Positions 13,601 through 24,100 of a stretch of 64,000 nt of DNA are shown in pieces (positions within the stretch are counted from its first letter, which is position 1; each line of letters opens with the position of its first letter). Source of the DNA: Chrysomallon squamiferum (lineage: Eukaryota; Animalia; Mollusca); the NCBI GenBank assembly GCA_012295275.1, contig CM022665.1:9176001-9240000 (forward strand). The letters run 5' to 3'. A program made the position numbers and the translations under genes. The notes beneath the pieces are model-generated. The model did not search any database and was not told where the DNA came from. It saw nothing but the letters and a program-made list of their open reading frames with translations.

Positions 13601-16600
13601 AAGAGATGTTATGAAGAACATTACTGTACATACTCTACCACTAAGACAATCTTTCCTTAGCAAATGATAAATTAAGTATACATTTAATCCTATTCATTTA
13701 CTATATATGTATTACTTTGATTTTCAGACAACCATGACCTTAGTATTTCTAATTGACTGTAAACACTGATAACTATATTCATAAACAGTCGGCTAATAAT
13801 TAATACAACAGCTAATATATAACAGGATATTTGTAAGTGTCTTTACAAGAGATAAGGTTTTCTTTCTTTCTTTTTTAAATACCAACAAAATATACAGGTT
13901 TATTCATCCTTTAAATAATATTTAATGCATAACTCATAAATATTTTGTTGAAATAATAAAGTAAAAAAAAACACAAAAAAAACACACAAAAAAAAACTAG
14001 CAATAAATCAAATAGCTAGTCTACATAACTGATTAAGTAATAAAGATAAATGCAAGTAAGATGTTATCATTTTCCCAAATGAAATTGTCGGCAGTGAAAA
14101 GTTACTCAGATGTCATTTTGTAATGTTTTTTGTCAGTTTACTTTGAAATGTTTTACTGTTTTGTATCATTATATATATATTTTTTTTAATGCATGGTATT
14201 CTTTTTTATGTCCACTGGTATTTACAGAAAGCATTATTAATATTATTTTATACTGCTATAAAAACATAATAATAATTGCTTATTATTTCTGTTTTAAATG
14301 AAAAGCTTTTAGAATTTACTTTTATTTTCTTTTTCTTTTAACAAAAGAAGAAAATATTATGCTATGGAAAACAAAGCTTGTTCGTTTGTTTTGTTTTATT
14401 TTATTATTGTTATTGTTGTTGTTGTTTCCAACAGGTAAACAATTTAATAACGTATTTTATTAAGTTTAATTTAAAATTAAGGAAAAAGTATACTTTTCAT
14501 TTTATATTTATTTGCTGTATTTATTTATTTTTCTGTTTCTGCACAGACAAACTAAATTAAAAAAAAAAAAAATCCTAATGACAAACATAATTGTAATTCT
14601 TTTTTAAACTATTTACATTTTAAAAAGTTCAATTATCATCTGTTTAGACAAAATATAAACATCAAAAAGTGTAAATAACATGTAAATAACAAACACATGA
14701 TGACTTCCTAGAAATCTGATAACATTGACAATTCTTCCTAGTAACCAGATGACACTTCCTAATAACGTGATACCAACATGTTCCTGAAAACACTTTAAAA
14801 TGTCAACAGAAGTTCTACTGGATTATAGCTGCAGGATAAAAACAATTCAATTTGTTGCAGAGGATATAAAAAAATACAGTTCTGACACTTCATATAAACA
14901 CCACACAATAATAACAGTGACAGAAGAAAAAATTTGCACCAGATGAAAAATACAAAAGGGTCTTAAGATTATTTTTCTTTGATGAGATTCTGTTTGTATT
15001 TTATCGTTTTCTTTTTTTTATTATTATTACTAATATTATTTATTTTTTTACTAACCTAGCTAAATTTTTAATTTAAAAAATAAATAAAAAATAAATAAAT
15101 GTGAAGAATATAACAGGGATACAAAGACTTACCAAGTTACCAATGCAGCTGAATTCAATATAAATATAAACACACAGTACAGACTTGATATGCATAAGTT
15201 TTACTTACCTCCTGTAGTTTGTAAGGTATGTTGGTAATTGTTCCTCGCACTTGAATCTGACGAAACAGAACAGATTCCACAAGTCCCTCCACATCAAATC
15301 CTAATAAATCACAGATAATGCTTAAAATGCTTTTATCCTCAGGAGTGAGATCAGTTTTTTCCCCTTCCACATCCTCAAATTTCAAATTTCCTAGTAACAA
15401 AATGGCAGAAAGCACTGAAAAAATACCATCCACCATCTGTGCTGAAATGTTGAGGACATTCATGGCCAACCGAAGATTGTCGAACATGGAAGAATCATCG
15501 ACTCCATCTAGTTGGTAGCACCCACTTTGATTTAAATAATTATAAGATTCGGCTGGTCCGATCAGAAACTGCTGTGCAAGTTCAGGACTGGCTTGTGCAC
15601 CAGCAACCAGCTGGTAAAAGACATGATAGTTCCTTTCATTTGGAGACTGGAAGGTGATTCGAGACTGCTCCAGAAGATAGTCCTGAACAATACACCCTTT
15701 AATTTGACACTTATCAAAACACACTTGCATAAATTTTCCAAAACGACTGGAGTTGTCATTTCGTACTGTTTTGGCATTACCTTTAACAAAACAAATATAA
15801 ATTATAAAAAACAAAAATAAAATTTAAAAATTAAAATCTCAAACAAATACTGACTAATACTGAGATGATACCTAGATTAAAATACATTAACTATCTTTAT
15901 TATTATGTTATATAAAAACAGGAAATTCAAAAATTGAGACAAAATACTGTACTTTATCAACATGCATAAACAAATTATTTAAATTAATACACAGTAAGTT
16001 TTTACAATAATATCCATACAGTAAACAAAAATAACAATGCTAGTTAGTAACATATTTCAGTTAAAGATAAAAAAAAATTGACAAAAACTATTAAACAAGA
16101 TTCCAATGTGTTGTCCTAGTTACAAACATCATAACCAATTTGGCATTTTTCATTACAAACTGCAAGATGCAGATTCATGTAATTTATCTGAAAACTATTT
16201 ACTACCAATTTCTTTTTAAAAATCTGATAAAACCTTTACTTCTGATGAAAAATATATTTATCATTTTAATAAATAAATAAATAAATAAATAAAAATAAGA
16301 AAAATAGAGGAAAGGTTAATTTTTATATGTTATAATGTCAAGACTCCACTATTAAATACTGATGCATTAAATATAAATATATTTATTCTTTTTCAGCTTC
16401 TTAAGTAACATTTTGAAAGTAATAACCAGTTATGAAAAAATATTTATCTTACATTATACTATAATAAATAGAATTTGTTGTTTTATTCTACATTTTCTTT
16501 TAAAAAGACATCAGTATACTTTATCATTTAGGATTAGAATAAAACTGAGTTGTAAAAACCTAATTTGTTTTGTGGAATATTACTACAGCTGTAACATGCA

Positions 16601-19600
16601 AAAACCTAACTTGTTTTGTGGAATATTATAACAAATGTAAGTTGTAAAAACCTAGCTTATTTTATGGAACATAACTGTAAGTAAAAGTTGTGAAAACCAA
16701 ATTTGTTTTGTGGAATATTACTATATTGGTAAGTTGTAAAAATTTAACTTGTGTTAATCATATTAAAAAAAAAAAAAAATAAAATAAAAAGGCTAATTGC
16801 ATATTTATGGCTGCAAAAAAAATAATTTTTTTACATCATTAACGTTGCTGTGTATCATTTATACTCGGTGATTAATATTTCTTATTCAATTCCTTCCTTC
16901 ACCCTAGTTTGATTCATTAATGCCGGAAGTATAAAAGTCAGCCTGGCTAGACTCTATGTCAAGTAGCCACTATGAGTTTCCTGATTCTCCAATAGCAAAT
17001 GAAATTTATATACAAGATATGATAAATATTAACAGATATAAATTAATTCTTTCATGTAATATATTTAAAATACTTTAAACTGAAAATGAAGCTTCAAAAC
17101 AAGTACATATCCCAAAACATATTTAAATACATATGTAATATTATAATTATATTCTGTAGTTTTGTTTGCAGAAAATACTGTACATCTTTATGAAGTTATG
17201 TTTTGTGTAGGTGTGGTCACTTCTACAAGCTGCTAACAGAGAACTGTCCAAGTATGTGTGTCATAGACAAATTATCTAATTTCTTCAGAATTTTTTTTTA
17301 ATTAAAAATAAGACAGTTGATTTCAGTAATTATAATTAAAATTATGTTCATTCTGTCTCATAAATAAAGTGATCTGGTGTAGATCCTGTTTAGATAGAGA
17401 TTTTCTCTAGTTCATTGTCCAGCATAATAATCTAATACTGAGACTGTTCGAACATTTTACATTTTCAAATTCAGTTTACATTTGAACATTTAAATGAATA
17501 CTAATAATATATGATTTACACATCTCTAACAACAATAATCTACTCAAATAAATGCAGAAATACAGAGACCATAACAAGAAAAACTGCTATAAGGTTCATC
17601 TAATATTTCAGTTATCCTATATATATCTTGTTATTATTATCATTTTTCTTCTTTTGATCTAGCATAAGAAAATGATCACATCTATATTAAATATTAACTT
17701 ATTTTTCATTTTTCTTTTTTTAACTGAAAAATCCAAAAAATCAGAGTTCATTAAACAAAAACTAATTTCAGAGCTGGAAAAGACAATCAGTCATAAAAAA
17801 TAGCCAGTTTTTTTTTTTTTTTTTTAATGTAGCTTAAATACAGAATTCACAGTGGTTCAACATACATCAATGTCTGGATAATTCTGCTGTTAAAAAACTT
17901 AAGTGTTTCTTGGAATATATTTTGTGGTAACAAACTTACCAAAGGCCTCCAGGACTGTGTTTGCTTCGAGAATTTGCTGTTCTGTCCAGAATGATGTATG
18001 ATTTGTGACACAACATAAATATTGCAGAATAAACTTAGTTGTTTCAGTCTGAATAGAGGAATGAAATAAAAATTAACATTTAATGTGAGCATTGTCAAGA
18101 GTACTGGATTTTATAACATTAAATATCTTAATTAAATTATAAAAACAGGAGAAATAACAATGTTTTTTTTTTAAATTATTATTATAATTTCATAAAAATT
18201 ATTAATATATAAATACATACATAAACAATCATTACAATTATTATAGTGTCATAACTGCAGATATATACATGTTTATCATAACTGAATAAATAAATTAAAA
18301 ATATATATAAAAAGCTTTTGGGAGTGGTTTCTTTTTAATATATAAATTTAAATTAATATTTAACAAAATGTTGTAGTCATATTTTTTTAAATAATCAAAT
18401 ATATATGTATTTTATGGTTGTTGTGAAAAACATGGAAATTAAAGCAATTATAATCAAATTATAAACAAAAGAAGGGGTAAAAATGAAACTATTTGGGATT
18501 TATTATATGACTTAAAATACATTTCTGATTTGAGACTTCTACATTTAATAATTATAGGAGTCCACTTATAATATATAAGAGTACAGCATATTTACAAATT
18601 TCAAATATCTTATAACATACAATGGTTTCATTATGTAACTGTCAGATTTAAGACTTTTAAATTGATTTGAGATTTTTAAATCTAATATTGGATTACACTA
18701 ACATCATATGTTGTAACTACCACTGATTAAGTAACATGAATGCTTAGACTGTTTTGCAGTATTTATCTGATAAATTCTGAAAGAACAAGAATCAAACTGT
18801 AAATGATCCTACTTTCCCTGCCCCACTTTCCCCACTGATGATACATGACTGGTTATCAGATGAATTCTGTAGGTTCTGGAATGCTGCCTCAGCAACTGCA
18901 AAGATATGCGGCTCAACTTGGCTAAACTTCTGACCATTATACTGTTCAACATTTTTCTGAAATTTTTTGTGAAAACATTACAAAAAACCCAAAAAAACAA
19001 CATTATTATAAAAGAAAAAAAAAATTAAAAAAAGAAAGAAAAAAAGAAAACATTATAAGAACCATAAAAAAGAAAAAGCTTATAAATTTATTACTGACAA
19101 TTTATTAGAATATTCCATTAAAGTTAACAGAATTTTTTCTTTTTTTTTTCCTTTTAGTGTGTATGTTTTACTTTAAAAAAAAAGAAAGAATATAAACAAA
19201 AAATACAAATAAATAAATAAAATAAAATTAATTTAAAGTAAGGAAAAAGCTACTTCAATGAATGAATTAGGAATATTTTAAATTGTTAGTGTGGTTTCAG
19301 ATGCACTTTATATGAATGAAGTTATGAAATGTAACCAGAAAATACTAGTATTTACTTCTTTTTATTTATTTCCTTTTTTGTTTTTCATTGAAGAAAACAA
19401 GGTATAATGTTTTGAAAACAGCATTTTGATTATTACATCTGATTCAAAAAATGAAAAATGTTTAACTTACCTGTTCATAAATAGGTAAATCTTTATATGG
19501 ATTGACTGCTACCAAGATTGTACCAGTGAACGTCTGAACAAACAGTTAAGGATTTTTATTTTTCCATTTCCTAATATGTGCACGTGCATGCACACACACA

Positions 19601-21133
19601 AACACTCAGATACATACATACATAAACATGCATCATAGTAATAAATTCACCATATTATTCATTTTAAAAAATAGTAATAAAGAAAGAAATGTCAGTTTTA
19701 AATTATAAAGCTTTTAATTATATTCTATTATGTGTCAAACAATGGAAACTTTTATAGCTTTAGAAACCATAATAGATTATAGCCATCATATATAATAAAA
19801 TTTTATTAAAAAAATAAAATTAAAAAAATCATATCTGACAGTTAAATTTATTACTGCAAAATAAACTTTAAAATATTTCTCAGATTTTTATTTTAAATTA
19901 ATATATTGTAAAATGATGATCTATTTTATAAAGATTAATGGCACCAGTTAAAGTGATCAACTAATCCAAAAACAACATACATCATTCAGTTTTTCTTTCT
20001 TTCACTTTTCTACAGTAACTATCTTACATTTAAACCAAAAGATAAATGGATGGTGTTTTTTTTATATTAAATGTTTAGTACAGTAAGACCTTTTGTATGT
20101 CTGGAATTCCTATCACTGAAGTCACATACCAAATACATGTGTAACATATTTGCATATCACTAGAGTGTCAGTGACACTTATATTTGTAACAGTGAACAGC
20201 TTCAGTTAAACCTGAGTTTCACTTCACAAGAAAAATATCATGAATATTATCATGAATATTAATAATAGTTATTTTTAACAATACAGTTTCAGAGCCGGAC
20301 TGACAGAAAAATTATAATATCCTTGTAGTTTAATGTATCGGCCAGATTTTACCTCAAAATTTAAATAAATGTAGTTAATTTGATAAAAACCAGCATTCTT
20401 GAAACACATACAGTTAGCCTTTCACATGAGTGAAAAAAAAATTAAGTAGTGGTTACTGGTTAGTATCATATGTATAGGTCAATGGAGAAGCTGCAGTGGC
20501 TTGAGATACATTATCAGTGTTGCCATCTTTTTACTGTCCCTGATATTTTGTAGGGTGCTTGTTAAGAAAAGTTTGACAGCGATACAAACAGCATGTGAAT
20601 TATTGGAACACTACACACTGACTATCTCATAGAAACATGAATATCAGTGAAATCAATAAGACACTCAGCAGTAATGACCCATGAGTTGACTGGGACTACA
20701 AAATGTCATATCCGAATGAGACCATTAACCATGTTCAGATAACACTTGCTCGTTGGTTTTTAAAACATGATCATTTATGTAGATTTGTGTAAATGGCTGG
20801 TACATGTTCATCCAACACGTCCTTCCTAATGGGATGAATTAAACAAGCATTATTATTGCTGTTTCTTTTTTTTGTCAAGGATAAGGAGAGGATAATGTAC
20901 AATTTCAAACAGTTTGCCAGCCTCAAAAGAAGTATGGCTGCAGCATAAGTTACCATCTTTATATACCACATAATAGATTGGGTCAATACTCATACAACTG
21001 GATATAAATAAAATTTGATATATTTTATAAAAATTAAAAAGATCAGCTAATATACTCATTGATATATTAATGAGGCTGGATATAAAATAAACAATAACAG
21101 CAATGATGATGATAACAATAATAGTGTCAACAA

Positions 21134-21172
<39 letters not shown>

Positions 21173-24100
21173 CCCCATTTATTATAAAGCTATTACAAGA
21201 TTCAGGAAAAGGTTATTGTGCATGTAAATTTGCCAGCCCTTCCCCAACAGACATGTAGAATAACTGGGAACTGTTACTGGGTTCAGATAATGATATGTTG
21301 TATAATCATGGTAAAGAAAGTTAGCATTTCACTAGCAAAACAAAGATTAATGATACCGTATCATTCTGTAAACAGATAAAATTTGTCATATTATCTGACC
21401 CAAAACAAGACTCCAAAATATGTTTATGAAGTTCCCCAGAAAAATAAGTATGTATGTGATAATTCAGTCATCAGAAAAGAATTGTTTAAAAGCAGATATT
21501 TCTGATGGGTAAAGCCACTGACATGAATAATGCAAATTTTCTAGTGGAAGAATAAGTAAAGGCTAGAAAAAGCACATCAGATATGAAGTGGAATGGAACC
21601 ACTGACAAGATAACTTACATTTTCTTTACTTTATTTATTTATTTTGACTAACTTATTGTGTGGTGCATTGTTAATGCAGTTAGTTTTGTTGCTTTTTGGA
21701 AATTTTACAAACTACATGAAAACAAAAACCAGAAAAAGACTTTCACAACTAACATATTTTTACTGTCGTTTATTTGTAATTAGTGTAATTATTAATACAT
21801 TATTCTAGCAAGTAATGGAGAATTTAACATTCATTATTCATTCAATATCATCACCAGCTTAGGTAACAACCTTCTGTTACCTTTTGACATATCTAATTTA
21901 TATACAGATATTGTAACAATAGCTTTGATCAACTTAGATACAAATCAAATAATTAACTTCCATTCAGGCTAATAATAACAAAAATGAGTTTACTAGTGAA
22001 AAAATACCAAATCATGTTAATCTTTATTAATTAAAAAAAAAAAAGAGCTTAACCCAGTGAAAAACTACTGATGTAATGAAGCTGACAGGGTGTATAATTC
22101 CTGACATGTGTTTACATTAGAGCTAAATTAGCCAGGGAAATGTTTGACATCCTTATCCTTATCAGATACAACTGGATGAAACTTTGTTTGCTGGTTGGAG
22201 GAGTGAAGCAGATGGCACTCAACTGAACAAAGACACCTGCCCAGCCACATGCATTGTTAACAAATGCACACACTTCTCTTCCATTAGTTGTTGTCTCAGT
22301 TTGTTTTTCAACGGTTACATGGTGGTATAAATAGGTACATTAAAAACTGGTAACGAGGTGGTTATGTCATCGTGCTTGGTGATGGTAAATATATTATATG
22401 ATCAAAGTCTTTCTTTACAAAGACAAAAGCTGTTTATTGATTAGCCAGCTAAGTTAGCAAGCCACCTAAACTCAAACTCTTATCTCAACAACATTAAACC
22501 GAATATTGTCCATTAAATAAATCAGATATACAAGTCATTAACGTCATTACAGAAACATTTATATAATAATGTTTTATATGATTGTTTAAGTCTTTTATTT
22601 TGTAAATAAGAAGCACTATAAACTGCAAATAAGATGGAATCTCAGTCATTTTACATTATCATTGCTTTTTACAAAACACTACCAAATGCTCATTTTTAAT
22701 AACATTATACAAGAACATCAAACTTTCTCTAAAGATCCTTTTATATTAAAAATAGTCTATTCTCTTATGCATAAAACAAGAAAAAGGAAATTAAGTATCT
22801 AATAAAAAATACATATATAAGAACTTACCTAGAGACTGCTGAAAGTGTTGTTTATTTAATGGAAAAAGGATACATAAATAACATCTTTATTGTACCTTGT
22901 TTTCAGATTTATGTTTATTCCTACTTCATCAATATCACTGATAATTATCATATCACGTACGCCATCTTCAGGACGGGCACCTGTTAGAAATATAAAAAAA
23001 ATAATAATTTAAATTTCATTTGAACTATATTCAGAATTTGTATTTAATATACATTAACCACGTAATTATGAAGTCAGTTTTTCCCCCTCTTTTTTTTTAA
23101 TGGCAAAATGTAGTTATATATTCAGAAACTGTGATAAACCAATTGCCCTAAAGACAGTTTTATTTTATAAAAATTAAAAAAAGATCAAAATTTGATTATA
23201 GGTATTTTGAATTACTTTTCAGAAATCTTGTTAGTTTTCTTTGGGTTTTTTTTTAATAAAGTTTTCTCTGAGAAAAGAAGATGTATATTCTTTATTTGAT
23301 AGATATATTAAAATATTGTCATTTAAATAACTTTATAAATTTCATTTTGTTAATATTATTATTATTATTTTAAAATAATAATAGATAATACAACAAAAAC
23401 TGAAACAAATTTTGTGTCATAAATAGCTTTTTTTTTCTTTTTTTTTAATCTTTTTTATTATTTAACTGGATCAAAAAAAAATTGTACTTAACAATACTGA
23501 AATCTGAAGAATGTCTTTTTGAAAATTATGTGTATATTTTCAGAAAAAAAGACATATTTTCAAAAAATTTGAAGTTTCGCAATAAACTATTAATATTGTA
23601 TATAATAATTTATTGTACTGTATAAATATTTTTAACTCTTTATCAGTCAAAGATATGCAATAAACAAAAAGAAACAGAGAATTATTTGGATTTATTTTAG
23701 GGTTAGCTTGCATCACAAATCAAATAAACAGTTATTGCCTTTAGCTGTTTGTTCTACTGAATTCATGGAAAATGTCTGACTTAATGGAAGATTAGATCCT
23801 GGAAAATGTTACTGCACAAATCACTTCCTGTTGCAAAGCATGTCAAAAATCGTGCAAAGCCAAGGATCAATGAAATATGAATGCTAGTTTGGTTGTTTGT
23901 TGTGGGTTTTTCTTTCTTTTCTTTTTTTTTACTCTCTCTTGTTGTTGTTGTTATTGGTTCTTTTTGGTGATGCTGTTTTTTTTTATAGTTTCTGTTTTTG
24001 TTTTTCCTAAATACATTTCAGTACAGATATTGAACAAATCAAAATAAATGTGTTTGTGTTTCTTTATTTATTTTTTGAACCAAATTTTAAATGTTTAGTT

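Noticed and set aside
16547-16755. Possible CRISPR-like array
   Set aside because: Eukaryotic intron, degenerate repeats, no unique spacers of proper length and no cas genes.
20771-21170. ORFs with CVCVC and hydrophobic stretches
   Set aside because: Translations of microsatellite and AT-rich intron sequence.
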